Assembly (NCBI GenBank): GCA_947259705.1
Contig: CAMYNL010000013.1
Location: 75,073 to 139,072, forward strand
Reading direction: 5' to 3'
Origin: an uncultured Gammaproteobacteria bacterium
Lineage (GTDB): Bacteria > Pseudomonadota > Gammaproteobacteria > Arenicellales > JAANXG01
DNA: 64,000 bases
The notes under the pieces were generated by a model. The model had not been told where the DNA came from and ran no database searches. It saw only the letters and a list, made by a program, of their open reading frames with translations. The translations under genes and the position numbers were made by a program. The number at the start of each line of letters is the position of its first letter. Position 1 is the stretch's first letter. Positions 26,664 to 36,117 of the stretch are shown piece after piece.

Positions 26664-27512
26664 GTGGCCTTGTTCCGACAGCAGCATGCGCAGGTGATCG
26701 TCCTCGGCAACGAGAAGGGCGGCACCGGCAAATCCACCACCGCCATGCACGTCACCGTGAGCTTGATGGCGCGGGGTCACAAGGTCGCCGTAATCGACCT
26801 CGATCCTCGCCAGAAGACCCTGACCCGCTACCTCGAGAATCGGCGTGCCTATGCCGAGCGGCACGACCCGGAGTTGAGTTTTCCGGACAGCTATGTGATC
26901 GAGCCGTCCGCCCTGTCGGTGCCGGCGGAGCGGGAGCGGGACGAGGCCGCCTGCCTCAATCAACTGGTGGATGATCTGGATGCGGGCAATGACTTCATCG
27001 TCATGGACTGCCCCGGCAACGACACGCACCTGGCACGCCTCGCCCACTCACTGGCATCCACCCTGATCACTCCCGTAAACGACAGTTTTGTCGATCTCGA
27101 TCTGCTGGGGCAGGTGGATGCGGAAACCTATGATGTCAGGCAATTGAGCCTTTACAGCGAAGCGGTCTGGGAGGGCCGTAAGCGGCGCGCGCTGGCAGGC
27201 AAGCGGGGATTGGACTGGTTGGTCCTGCGCAACCGGATGTCCGGCACCGATTCCTACAACAAGCGCAGGGTCGACCGCGCGCTGCGCCAGTTGCAGGAAA
27301 AGGTGGCGTTTCGGTACGTCCCGGGCCTGTCCGAGCGGATGATCTACCGGGAGTTGTTCCCCCAGGGATTGACCCTGGTGGATTATTCGCATCCCGCGCG
27401 CCGCAGGGCCATGACCATGTCGCATCTTGCGGCGCGCCACGAGTTGCGGGCGCTGATGGACAATCTTCGACTGCAGGATGACCAGGGGGGCGCGCTGGCG
27501 GAGGTGAGCTAG
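26664..27512 (+). CDS. MipZ-like ParA/MinD-superfamily ATPase (orphan)
   Basis: AGGGAG RBS then GTG 26664. Deviant Walker A VLGNEKGGTGKSTT, then VIDLDPRQKTLTRYLENR, MDCPG and TPVNDSFVDLDLLG, as in MipZ-family proteins. No parB, minC or minE neighbour. Confidence 0.8.
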   Translation: MALFRQQHAQVIVLGNEKGGTGKSTTAMHVTVSLMARGHKVAVIDLDPRQKTLTRYLENRRAYAERHDPELSFPDSYVIEPSALSVPAERERDEAACLNQLVDDLDAGNDFIVMDCPGNDTHLARLAHSLASTLITPVNDSFVDLDLLGQVDAETYDVRQLSLYSEAVWEGRKRRALAGKRGLDWLVLRNRMSGTDSYNKRRVDRALRQLQEKVAFRYVPGLSERMIYRELFPQGLTLVDYSHPARRRAMTMSHLAARHELRALMDNLRLQDDQGGALAEVS

Positions 27513-27518
27513 CCGCCG

Positions 27519-28391
27519 CTAGACGATCTTGCGCAGTTCCGATTCCAGTATGCCCTCGGCGCCGGCGGCGCGCAGGCGAGGGATCAGCTCGCGCACCCGG
27601 TCGCTGTCCACCACGGTTTCCACCGCCAGCCAGCCCTTTTCGTAAAGGTGGTTCACCGTGGGCGCATGCAGGCTGGGCAACAGCTGCACCACGGCGTCCA
27701 GCTTCTGTTCCGGCACGTTCATGCTCAGCGCCACCTTGTGATGCGCGTTCAATGATGCCTGCAGCAGCAGTGCGATCTGATCGATCTTGTCCTTTTTCCA
27801 GGGCACCTGCAAGGCCGCCTTGTTGGCGATGAGGCGGGTGTGGGTATGCAGCAGGTCGCAGACAATGCGCAGTCCGTGGGCACGAATGGTGCTGCCGGTT
27901 TCAGTGATCTCGACCACGGCATCCACCAGTCCTTCCACGGCCTTGGCCTCGGTGGCGCCCCAGGAGAACTGAACCTCGGCGTCGACATTTCGCTCCGCCA
28001 GGTATCTGCGCGTGAAGTTCACCAGTTCGGTGGCGATCTTCTTACCCTGCAGGTCCTCGATCGATTGTATGGGGGAGTCCTTCGGTACCACCAGCACCCA
28101 CCGGCACGGCTGATCCGAGCTCTTCGAGTAGACCAGGTCGCAGACCTCGGCCACCTCGGCGCCGGTCTCCAGGATCCAGTCGAGACCGGTGAGCCCAAGG
28201 TCCAGTGTCCCATTGGCGACGTAGACCGCCATCTCCTGCGAACGCACCAGGGCACAAGTTATTTCCGGGTCGTTGATGCTGGGAAAATAGTTGCGGGAGC
28301 GGGACCTGATCTTCCAGCCGGCTTGATCGAACAGGCTGATTGTGGCCTGTTCAAGGCTGCCCTTGGGCACACCGAGTTTGAGGATGTTCAT
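27519..28391 (-). CDS. hisG: ATP phosphoribosyltransferase, long form
   Basis: MNILKLGVPKGSLEQATISLF...DLGLTGLDWILE...; 290 aa including the C-terminal regulatory domain. Start verified at 28391. Confidence 0.9.
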   Translation of the reverse strand: MNILKLGVPKGSLEQATISLFDQAGWKIRSRSRNYFPSINDPEITCALVRSQEMAVYVANGTLDLGLTGLDWILETGAEVAEVCDLVYSKSSDQPCRWVLVVPKDSPIQSIEDLQGKKIATELVNFTRRYLAERNVDAEVQFSWGATEAKAVEGLVDAVVEITETGSTIRAHGLRIVCDLLHTHTRLIANKAALQVPWKKDKIDQIALLLQASLNAHHKVALSMNVPEQKLDAVVQLLPSLHAPTVNHLYEKGWLAVETVVDSDRVRELIPRLRAAGAEGILESELRKIV

Positions 28392-28480
28392 CGATTCAAC
28401 CGTGGTGAGTTTTTTCGACAGCTTATACGCGTTTTGCCCTGCCGCATGCAAGAACGCACCCGCCCGGAGCTGGTTGGTGG

Positions 28481-29383
28481 CTACAGGAGGTAGTCCAGAA
28501 TACCGTCCAGGAAACTCCCGGCCCTGGCCGAGCCGCCCACGGGTGTGTCCCACTGCTGCCGGGTCTTGCGCATATTGTCCATCATCGAGTCGAGTCGCTG
28601 CTGCGCGGACTGCTGCTGCTGCTCCCACTTCCTGGCGTCGCCGAGGCCACCGGCCTTCACCCAGTGTATGATCCGGTCAAGCTCCTCCATGTCGAACCAC
28701 ACGCCGTGCTCACCACAAAGGTCGATCAGTACGCCGCTGCGCATGCCGTAGTTGCGGCGGTGCATCAGCGTGCCGCAGACAGGGCACGCCCGGTAATAGC
28801 GCCCGTGCGGGTCCCGCCCTGGTGTCGGGCGGCCGCGCAACTGCTGATGCAGCCGTATCTCGCCGGAACTGGCCGCCGAACTGGCCCGCTGCTCGAGCAG
28901 TTGGAACACACTGTTGTGCAGCCATAAGCCGCCGCAGGCGCCGCACTCCAGGATCGACACAGGCGGGGTGCCCAGTGAGCGGCTTTGCAGTTTCTGGGTG
29001 TCGCCGCAGGCCGGGCAGCTCTGATCGGTGTTGTCGCCGGCACTGCCCTGCACGGTGATCGGTGTCGCGCAGTAGTGGCAGAATCTGGCACGATCGCTGA
29101 TCCGTGCCATGCACTGGGGGCAAACCGTGTGCAGATCGCGTTCATGCAGGGTGAAGTCGGAACCGCAATAAGAACAGCTGGGTCTGCCATCGAGGCGCGC
29201 ACCCCCGCAGGAAGAGCAGCGAACCACGGCAGCGTCATGGGCATGGACCTCGCCTACTTCCACTCTCTCGCCGCAGACGCAGCGAAAGTGACTGCCTGGC
29301 GGTCGGTGCGATGCGTCGTATTGCCGCCGGCATTGCTGGCAAGCCACCAGCAGCCGCAGGGTGTCTTGGTGTCGGTTTTCCAT
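28481..29383 (-). CDS. Multi-zinc-ribbon protein with two TFIIB-type zinc-finger modules
   Basis: Five successive CxxC...CxxC units (CQQC..CVCG; CSSCG..CSYCG; CPQC..CHYC; CPACG..CGACGGLWL; CPVCG..CGEHGVWFD). The last two have the zf-TFIIB-like GxWxD signature. Confidence 0.7.
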   Translation of the reverse strand: MENRHQDTLRLLVACQQCRRQYDASHRPPGSHFRCVCGERVEVGEVHAHDAAVVRCSSCGGARLDGRPSCSYCGSDFTLHERDLHTVCPQCMARISDRARFCHYCATPITVQGSAGDNTDQSCPACGDTQKLQSRSLGTPPVSILECGACGGLWLHNSVFQLLEQRASSAASSGEIRLHQQLRGRPTPGRDPHGRYYRACPVCGTLMHRRNYGMRSGVLIDLCGEHGVWFDMEELDRIIHWVKAGGLGDARKWEQQQQSAQQRLDSMMDNMRKTRQQWDTPVGGSARAGSFLDGILDYLL

Positions 29384-29475
29384 GACTGCGACAAATATAG
29401 CAGTCCCCCGCAGGCCCTGCGCGACGCAGGGCACACTGGTTGGGTGCCGGCAGAGTACAGGCGGCAGGGAAGCGC

Positions 29476-30423
29476 ATGAACGCCGTGATCGACATCGCCG
29501 GACCCGTGTTCCTGCTGGCCGCGCTGGGTTATCTGGCGGCGCGGCTGGGCTGGGTGTCAGACCGTGCCGCGGAGGGGCTGGCGCGCTTCGTTTTCGACTG
29601 GGCGGTGCCGGTACTGCTGCTGCGGGTCTTCGCCAGCACGGAACTGCCGGCGGGCTTCCCCTGGCGCCTCCTGGTTGCGTTCTACGGTCCCGCGGCCACC
29701 GTATACCTGTTGGGTGTCTTCGTGGCCCGGCGCTGGTTCAGGGTCGGGTTCATGGAACAGGTAATCAGCGGGTTCGGTGCCGCTTTCGGCAACTCCATCC
29801 TGGTCGGGTTGCCGTTGGTGCTGCTGGCGTTCGGCGATAGCGGCACGGTCCCCTATTTCATGCTGCTTTCGGTGCATGCCCTGAGCTACTTTTCCGTCAC
29901 CACGGTGTTGCTCGAAACCGGGCGCCGGGGGTCGGGCCGGTCACGACGGCTGTCCGCGGACATCCTGCGCGGGCTGGTCACCAATCCCATCCTGATCGGG
30001 CTCGCATCCGGCCTGCTCCTCAACTGGCTGCAGGTGCCGCTTCCCGGACCGGTGGACCGCGCGGCTTGGCACATGCAGCAGGCCGTGGCCGCGTGCTCCC
30101 TGTTTTCGCTGGGCGCCTCCTTGACTCACTACCGCATCGCCGGCGAACTGCGGCACGCGGTCGTGATCGTCGCCCTCAAGAACATGCTGATGCCCGCACT
30201 GGTATGGCTGCTGTCGGACGCGGTATTCGCGCTGCCGCTGATGTGGTCGATGGCGGCAACCCTGCTGGCCGCGCTGCCCACCGGCGTGAATGTCTATATC
30301 TTCGCGCAGCGCTATCATGCGGCGGCGGCGCTGGCGACCACGACGGTGTTCCTGTCGACCACGTTTTCCATGTTTTCCCTGAGCGTGCTGCTGTTCTGGT
30401 TCCAGTCCGCCGGTTTCCTTTGA
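29476..30423 (+). CDS. AEC (auxin efflux carrier) family transporter
   Basis: About 315 aa, 10 TM segments. N-terminus IDIAGPVFLLAALGYLAAR is typical of the family. Confidence 0.85.
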   Translation: MNAVIDIAGPVFLLAALGYLAARLGWVSDRAAEGLARFVFDWAVPVLLLRVFASTELPAGFPWRLLVAFYGPAATVYLLGVFVARRWFRVGFMEQVISGFGAAFGNSILVGLPLVLLAFGDSGTVPYFMLLSVHALSYFSVTTVLLETGRRGSGRSRRLSADILRGLVTNPILIGLASGLLLNWLQVPLPGPVDRAAWHMQQAVAACSLFSLGASLTHYRIAGELRHAVVIVALKNMLMPALVWLLSDAVFALPLMWSMAATLLAALPTGVNVYIFAQRYHAAAALATTTVFLSTTFSMFSLSVLLFWFQSAGFL

Positions 30424-30469
30424 GGGGCTTTCACGGTGAGTTCACGACAGATCATTAACGTTTGTACGG

Positions 30470-30925
30470 ATGAAAACACAGAATAACGATACAACTGCGG
30501 TTCCCAAGGCCGCACTACTGCTCGGCTATGCAGGCCTGTTCCCGTTCCTGGCGGGCGCTGTCATGCTGTGGCTGGTGGGCCCGGACCAGGAGGGGTGGTG
30601 GCTGCGCATGTTGACGGGTTACGCCGTGGTGATACTCGCATTCATGGGCGCCGTGCACTGGGGCCTGGCCATGGCCGGCTCCGGCGCCCATGCCGCTGGT
30701 CAGTACTCCTTCAGCGTCCTGCCGGCACTGCTGGGGTGGCTCGCTCTGGCCCTACCGCCGGTGTGGGGCTTCGCCTTTTTGATCGCCGGTTTCGTCGCGC
30801 TTTGCATCTATGACAGCGCGGCCGCGGCCCGCGGCGATGCCCCGGCCTGGTACCCGGCGCTGCGGGTACCGCTGACTGCCGTCGTCGTGCTGTGCCTGGT
30901 CGTCGCAGCACTGGCACTGCTTTGA
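30470..30925 (+). CDS. DUF3429 family membrane protein
   Basis: LLLGYAGLFPFLAGAVMLW...YAVVILAFMGAVHWGLAM matches the DUF3429 pattern. Confidence 0.75.
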   Translation: MKTQNNDTTAVPKAALLLGYAGLFPFLAGAVMLWLVGPDQEGWWLRMLTGYAVVILAFMGAVHWGLAMAGSGAHAAGQYSFSVLPALLGWLALALPPVWGFAFLIAGFVALCIYDSAAAARGDAPAWYPALRVPLTAVVVLCLVVAALALL

Positions 30926-31032
30926 CGTGTCGGTCCGGCTTGTCGAGAACGGCGCCGGGCAATTCCGACCGGCCCGCTGGGCGGGTCGACGTGAAGCGGC
31001 TACACGCGCCAGCTGGCCTGCGGCATTCGTGG

Positions 31033-31887
31033 TCAAGCCTCGAGCCGTGCCGCCAGACCGGACAACGCCGCCCCGCAGGGCGCGTTGAGTTTCAGCGCGA
31101 GCGAGTCGTCGGCGCGGGTCAGTCCAAGATTCACGGCTGCAACGGGCTTGCGCTGCTGCAGCGCCGCGCGGCAGAAACGAAAACCCGAGAACACCATCAG
31201 CGATGAACCCGCGACCAGCAACATGCGGGCCCGTTGCAGTGCGCTGAATGCCGCCTCCACCCGCCGCCGTGGCACTGAATCCCCAAAGAAAACCACCGCC
31301 GGTTTGAGCAGGCCCCCGCAATGCTGACAATCCGGGACCTTGAAATCCCCACTGTCCATGACTGCGTGCAGTACATCACCGTCCGGTCCCGTCGACGCGT
31401 CACTGTTGGCGGTGGCGGAAGGGTTCAGAGCCAGCAGCGCCCGCTGCATGTGGGCGCGGCTGCGGCGGCTTCCACAGACGAGACACTCAACGGCGTCGAC
31501 CCGGCCGTGCAGTTCAATGACATGGCGTTGACCGGCCTTGTGGTGCAGGCGGTCCACGTTCTGGGTCACCACGCAGTGCACGACCCCGGCGGCTTCCAGC
31601 CGTGCCAGGGCAAAGTGGGCCGCGTTCGGCAGCGCCCCGTCCACTCGCGGCCAGCCCGCCAGGCTTCGTATCCAGAAGCGGCGCCGTGCGGCGGGGTCAT
31701 GCAGGAAATCCCGCCATTGAACGGGCTGGGCGTGTTTCCAGCCACCGTGCCGGTCGCGGTAATCAGGGATGCCGGATTCGGTACTGCAGCCCGCACCCGT
31801 GAGGACCAGTGCGGGGGAGTAGGTCCGCAACAGTTCGCCTAGACGATCCAAGGCCGCCTCGTTGATGATCTTAGAACCGGACTGCAT
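31033..31887 (-). CDS. cobB: NAD-dependent protein deacylase (sirtuin, CobB type)
   Basis: LTGAGCSTESGIPDYRD, QNVDRLH, and the Cys4 zinc module CLVCG...CQHCGG. Start set at ATG 31887 to avoid overlap with the divergent gene. Confidence 0.85.
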   Translation of the reverse strand: MQSGSKIINEAALDRLGELLRTYSPALVLTGAGCSTESGIPDYRDRHGGWKHAQPVQWRDFLHDPAARRRFWIRSLAGWPRVDGALPNAAHFALARLEAAGVVHCVVTQNVDRLHHKAGQRHVIELHGRVDAVECLVCGSRRSRAHMQRALLALNPSATANSDASTGPDGDVLHAVMDSGDFKVPDCQHCGGLLKPAVVFFGDSVPRRRVEAAFSALQRARMLLVAGSSLMVFSGFRFCRAALQQRKPVAAVNLGLTRADDSLALKLNAPCGAALSGLAARLEA

Positions 31888-31937
31888 ATCGTCAGCTCTA
31901 GCAGTACAATGCAGCCATTCTGCCACCACAGCCTGGA

Positions 31938-32258
31938 GTGTCAATCAAGATGCGCAGCGCCGAGAAAACCGCCAACGATTTTGACCAAGCGGCCGAGAAG
32001 ATCGTGGAATTGGGCAACCAGTTGCTGGACGAGAACGAGCAGGCGGACGAGTGGGAAGTTGCGTCCGGGCTGCTCGCGGGCGCGATTCAGTTCTGGTTGT
32101 TCACACGTCAGCCTTGTGGCGACCCTTCCTGTGACTCCTGTACCGAAATCAGCACCGCTGAACAGCGGTTGCGCACCCTGGTCGAAGAGGTTTCGGAGCT
32201 GGCCGAGGAGAGCGATTACTATCATTCCCCGCGTGATTCCAACGTAGGCACGGCATAA
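31938..32258 (+). CDS. DUF3144 family protein
   Basis: FDQAAEKIVELGNQLLDE....WEVASGLLAGAIQFWLF fits the DUF3144 pattern. Confidence 0.65.
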   Translation: MSIKMRSAEKTANDFDQAAEKIVELGNQLLDENEQADEWEVASGLLAGAIQFWLFTRQPCGDPSCDSCTEISTAEQRLRTLVEEVSELAEESDYYHSPRDSNVGTA

Positions 32259-32277
32259 ATCCGGAGAAACGAAACCC

Positions 32278-32892
32278 ATGTATATCGATTTCTCGGAACA
32301 GGAACCAACTCAGGTCTATTTCACCATGACTCAGACCGTCATTCCGCGCCCCATAGCCTGGGTGTTGTCGGAGCACGCGAACGGGACCCTCAACCTGGCG
32401 CCTTTTTCCTATTTCAACGCGGTATGCAGCGACCCGCCGTTGCTGCTGATCTCCGTCGGTAAGAAACCCGACGGCAGCCCCAAGGACACGCGTGTCAATA
32501 TCGAACAGCGCCGCGACTTCGTGGTCCACATTGCGCACCGTGAGCTGCTACCGCAACTCAACCAGAGTTCGGCGACCATGCCGGCCGGTGAGTCCGAAGT
32601 CGATGCGGCCGCCCTGCAGACCACGGCATTCGTCGGAGCGAGGCTGCCGCGCCTCGCATCAGCACGAATAGCGTTTGCCTGTCGGCTTCATGATATCCAG
32701 GAAATCGGCGGGATGCCGCAGGCGCTGATCCTGGGCCGGGTAGACCGGGCATACATCGACGATGCGGTGGTCAGTCACGACGCGAAAGGAAGATTGAAGG
32801 TCAACGCGGACCGCGTCGATCCGCTGGCCCGCCTGGGTGCCAGCGAATACATGTTCTGCGGTGAACTGGCTACCCTCAAGCGACCGGCTTGA
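32278..32892 (+). CDS. Flavin reductase family protein
   Basis: VIPRPIAWVLSEHANGTLNLAPFSYFNAVCSDPPLLLISV is the classic flavin-reductase-like FMN-binding domain. Confidence 0.85.
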   Translation: MYIDFSEQEPTQVYFTMTQTVIPRPIAWVLSEHANGTLNLAPFSYFNAVCSDPPLLLISVGKKPDGSPKDTRVNIEQRRDFVVHIAHRELLPQLNQSSATMPAGESEVDAAALQTTAFVGARLPRLASARIAFACRLHDIQEIGGMPQALILGRVDRAYIDDAVVSHDAKGRLKVNADRVDPLARLGASEYMFCGELATLKRPA

Positions 32893-32931
32893 TGCAGCGC
32901 CATCGGCGTCGCGGCGTCGCGCGCGATCGAG

Positions 32932-33153
32932 TCAGGCCTGGCCGGACAGCCCGCGCTCCACTTTCGTTACCGTCTGCGCCGGCGTATCACCGTCGCGATA
33001 GTACGGCAGACGGCGCTGAAGGTCCTCGCACGCGCGGTCGCGTTCGCGTTCACTGTGATACCAGCGGAATGCTTCCCAGTCTTCCCCCAGCAGGTGGGGA
33101 AGCCGCAGTGGATTTTCAGGCGACAGCGTGATCCTGATACCGAAACGTTTCAT
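32932..33153 (-). CDS. Small hypothetical protein (73 aa)
   Basis: Clean GC3-rich frame, charged and Trp-containing (EDWEAFRWYHSERERDRACEDLQRRLPYY). No family recognised. Confidence 0.45.
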   Translation of the reverse strand: MKRFGIRITLSPENPLRLPHLLGEDWEAFRWYHSERERDRACEDLQRRLPYYRDGDTPAQTVTKVERGLSGQA

Positions 33154-33258
33154 GGTCTGTTGGCGAACAGCTCGATCAGCCCGGCCGTTGGGCGGCGGCC
33201 GATGCGAAAGTCGGAAGCATGCGGAGCGGTCTGATGCAGCAGCGACGAATGCCGCGCG

Positions 33259-33918
33259 TCAGCCGAGCTTCTTGGCCTGCTGCACCCACTTGTCGCGCTT
33301 TATGCGGCCGGGGAACTTGATGACTTTCTGCTCCAGTCGAGCGATGTCTGACTTGGTGAGGGAAGCGATCTGCCTGAAGCGGTAGATGCCTTCGGCGTTG
33401 AGCTTCTTTTCCAGACCGGGACCGATGCCCGAGATGCGCTTTAGGTCATCGTGTTCAGCACCCGCCTGGGCGCCGGGTGCGCTGTCGTCTTGCGACCCCA
33501 GCGCCATCTCGACCTGTGGCACCGTGCCGGACTCCTTGCGTGACGGCCTTTTCAATCGCAGGGCCTTGGCTGAGCTTGCGCCGGGAGTGTTCGCCGCGCC
33601 GGCTGAAAAACACCAGTCCCATGCCTGTTCCTGTACGTCGAGCCAGGTCAGGTAACTCTCGGTGAGCTGCTTTGTCCACTGCAGGTACCAGGACTGACCT
33701 ATAGTCATGAGCTGTGCCCGCTCCAGCGCAATGGTGGCAAAGCTCAACGGCAGCACCCCGGTCTGCCGTACCATGGCATCGATGCCCTGGGTTGTCTTGG
33801 TGGCGTAGGTCGGCGTCCAGTCGCGCCAGGCATTGCCCGCATAGCTCCAAGGGTTCTGGCCCAAGTTTGAGAAGCTTAGGGCAAATTCCTCCCAGTCGGT
33901 CATCATATTCGTGTACAT
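33259..33918 (-). CDS. Hypothetical protein: Trp-rich N-domain, low-complexity linker, C-terminal helix-hairpin-helix
   Basis: The C-terminus LKRISGIGPGLEKKLNAEGIYRFRQIA is an HhH motif. The N-terminal 110 aa contain 11 Trp. Confidence 0.6.
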   Translation of the reverse strand: MYTNMMTDWEEFALSFSNLGQNPWSYAGNAWRDWTPTYATKTTQGIDAMVRQTGVLPLSFATIALERAQLMTIGQSWYLQWTKQLTESYLTWLDVQEQAWDWCFSAGAANTPGASSAKALRLKRPSRKESGTVPQVEMALGSQDDSAPGAQAGAEHDDLKRISGIGPGLEKKLNAEGIYRFRQIASLTKSDIARLEQKVIKFPGRIKRDKWVQQAKKLG

Positions 33919-33988
33919 GTCACTCCCGTTCGGTGCGATGGCGTTGTTACGGATCGCTCAATGATAACAACAGTTTTTGTGCATTGCA

Positions 33989-35437
33989 TCAATTTTTCGC
34001 CGGACGCGGCACTGGCCGGCGCCGTTCTCGGCCCCGCCGGGACGATGCCAGCAGATCAATCACCTGTCCCGTCTGCGCGACCGTCGCCACGGCACCGAAC
34101 CGGCGTCCGATCAGCTCACGCAGGGTGTCTGAGGTTTCGCTCTCGCCGTGCACCAGGAACACTCGCGGCCGGTTCGCAAATGCGCCGTACCAGTGCAGCA
34201 GGTCGTTCTGATCGCCGTGGGCGGAGAGTCCCCCGATGGTGTGAATCTGCGCATTTACCTTTATCGCTTCGCCCTGGATGCGCACGAACTGCCGGCCGTC
34301 CACGAGCTGCCGCCCCAGCGATCCCGCCGCCTGATAACCGACGATGACGACATGGCATTCCCTGCGCCACAGGTTGTGCTTGAGATGGTGGACGATACGG
34401 CCGCCATTGCACATACCGCTGCCCGCGATGACGATGGCGCCGTTCCTGACACGGTTTATGACCCTGGATTCCTCCACGGTTTCGGTCAGATGCAGATTGC
34501 GAAGGCGCGGCATTTCATTGATCCGGTGCCGCAGCATCGTTGCCTCATCGTCGTAGAGATGCGAGTAGTTCCAGTAGACCTCACTGGCGTCTATCGCCAT
34601 CGGGCTGTCGAGGAAGATGTGCCACCTGTCGAGATCCCATTCATCGTAGTGCTTGCCCAGCATATAAAGTACTTCCTGGCTGCGCCCGATGGCGAAGGCG
34701 GGTATGAGTATGTTACCGCGGTCGCGCTCGGCGCTGCGGATGATCTCACCCAGCTCCTGCACGGTCGCGTCCCGTGACCGATGGGCACGATCGCCGTAGG
34801 TGCTTTCCATGATCACCGTGTCCGCATGCTCCGGCACGGCCGGATCATGCAAAATGGGCGCGCCACGGGGACCAAGATCGCCGCTGAACACCAGGGTGTG
34901 GCGTTCGCCGTCTTCGATCAGGGACAACTCGACGATGGCGGAACCCATGATGTGACCCGCATCGTGCAGGGTGAGGGTGATACCCGGCAGTATCTCGGTG
35001 GCTGAACGGTAGTGCAGTCCCTTCGCCAGCCTGATGACCGCGCGCGCGTGTTGACGCGTATACAGGGGCGCGACGGCGGGAAGGCCTTTGCGTTCGCGTC
35101 GCCGGTTCTCGGTGCGCGCATCGCGCTCACTGAGCTGCGCCGAGTCCTGTAGCAGGATCTCGCACAGGTCCCGGCTGGCATAGTGGGCGTATATCGGTCC
35201 CTGGTAACCGTGACGCACCAGCAGCGGCAGGCGTCCCGAGTGATCAATATGGGAATGGCTCAGCACCACCGCATCGATGTCGCTGACGCGGAACGGGAAC
35301 GGATCGTGGTTGCGCGCTTCGTCACGCCTGCCGCCCTGGATCATCCCGCAGTCGAGCAGGATCTGCCGATCCGCGGCACGAAGCACATGGCACGAGCCGG
35401 TGACTTCTCCGGCGGCGCCGTAGAATTCGAGCTGCAC
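33989..35437 (-). CDS. MBL-fold beta-CASP ribonuclease (RNA-specificity domain family)
   Basis: MQLEFYGAAGEVTGSCH..LLDCGM, HSHIDHSG, and the beta-CASP plus C-terminal RMMBL region (GGLSAHGDQNDL). Confidence 0.9.
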   Translation of the reverse strand: MQLEFYGAAGEVTGSCHVLRAADRQILLDCGMIQGGRRDEARNHDPFPFRVSDIDAVVLSHSHIDHSGRLPLLVRHGYQGPIYAHYASRDLCEILLQDSAQLSERDARTENRRRERKGLPAVAPLYTRQHARAVIRLAKGLHYRSATEILPGITLTLHDAGHIMGSAIVELSLIEDGERHTLVFSGDLGPRGAPILHDPAVPEHADTVIMESTYGDRAHRSRDATVQELGEIIRSAERDRGNILIPAFAIGRSQEVLYMLGKHYDEWDLDRWHIFLDSPMAIDASEVYWNYSHLYDDEATMLRHRINEMPRLRNLHLTETVEESRVINRVRNGAIVIAGSGMCNGGRIVHHLKHNLWRRECHVVIVGYQAAGSLGRQLVDGRQFVRIQGEAIKVNAQIHTIGGLSAHGDQNDLLHWYGAFANRPRVFLVHGESETSDTLRELIGRRFGAVATVAQTGQVIDLLASSRRGRERRRPVPRPAKN

Positions 35438-35525
35438 GCCTAGGCCGCGCCGGGTTCGCCGGCCTTCATCGCGTGAGGCGGCCCACCACCAGGGTTACAG
35501 CGACGATCGAGAAACGCCGCCGCGG

Positions 35526-35852
35526 TCACCGGCAGGCGTGCTGGGGCGCCTGCTTGATTACCTTTTGCGCCGTCAGCCGCGCCACCTGCTCGACGGCGAC
35601 GCCGTTCTTCTCGGCAATATCGGCGTAGGCCGCCCGTCTTTGGCTGTTGATGTTGTTGACCATCGGCGGCACATCGCCGGGTGCCCCCGGTTTGGCGACG
35701 CGCACGTAGCCGTCGCCTTGCTCGCAGACCCAACCGGCCGACTTGGCCTGGTTGAGGTCCATGGCCCAGGCGGCGACGGACAACAGAAGGGCGGCTGCGG
35801 CCGCCGCGAAGCGGTGCGTGCAGTGGTGATGTTTCATTTCGGGACTCCGCAT
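35526..35852 (-). CDS. ydbL: YdbL (DUF1318) periplasmic protein
   Basis: Signal peptide, then AKSAGWVCEQGDGYV...VNNINSQRRAAYADIAEKNGV. The start overlaps the ynbE stop (TGATG). Confidence 0.8.
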   Translation of the reverse strand: MRSPEMKHHHCTHRFAAAAAALLLSVAAWAMDLNQAKSAGWVCEQGDGYVRVAKPGAPGDVPPMVNNINSQRRAAYADIAEKNGVAVEQVARLTAQKVIKQAPQHACR

Positions 35853-36052
35853 CAAAACAGACCTTTTTGTTCCTGTAGCAGTTGATCAATGTCTCTTTCG
35901 ACCTTGACCCTGATCTCGTGTTCGATCTTGACGTTCATGTTGATCTCGATCGGCTTATCCGGTGCCTCGACCTTGACCTTGGGTGAACAACCGGCCGTCA
36001 GGACCAGCCAACCCACTGCCAGCAGACAGATTCCCAGCGGCGGTGTGGACAT
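35852..36052 (-). CDS. ynbE: YnbE family lipoprotein
   Basis: Lipobox LTAGC followed by KVKVEAPDKPIEINMNVKIEHEIRVKVERDIDQLL, very like E. coli YnbE. Confidence 0.8.
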   Translation of the reverse strand: MSTPPLGICLLAVGWLVLTAGCSPKVKVEAPDKPIEINMNVKIEHEIRVKVERDIDQLLQEQKGLF

Positions 36053-36117
36053 GTATTGCTCCTCTTCGATAATCGTCTCGATTGTAGCCGTTTCCTTCAT
36101 ATTACATGAGCCATTCT

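Noticed and set aside
31033-31887. Sir2-domain protein as a possible anti-phage NADase effector (Thoeris/DSR/SIR2-HerA-like)
   Set aside because: It is a compact canonical sirtuin with GAG..SGIPD.R, QNVD.LH and the Cys4 zinc module. It has no fused sensor domains and no partner genes, so it fits a CobB-type deacylase.
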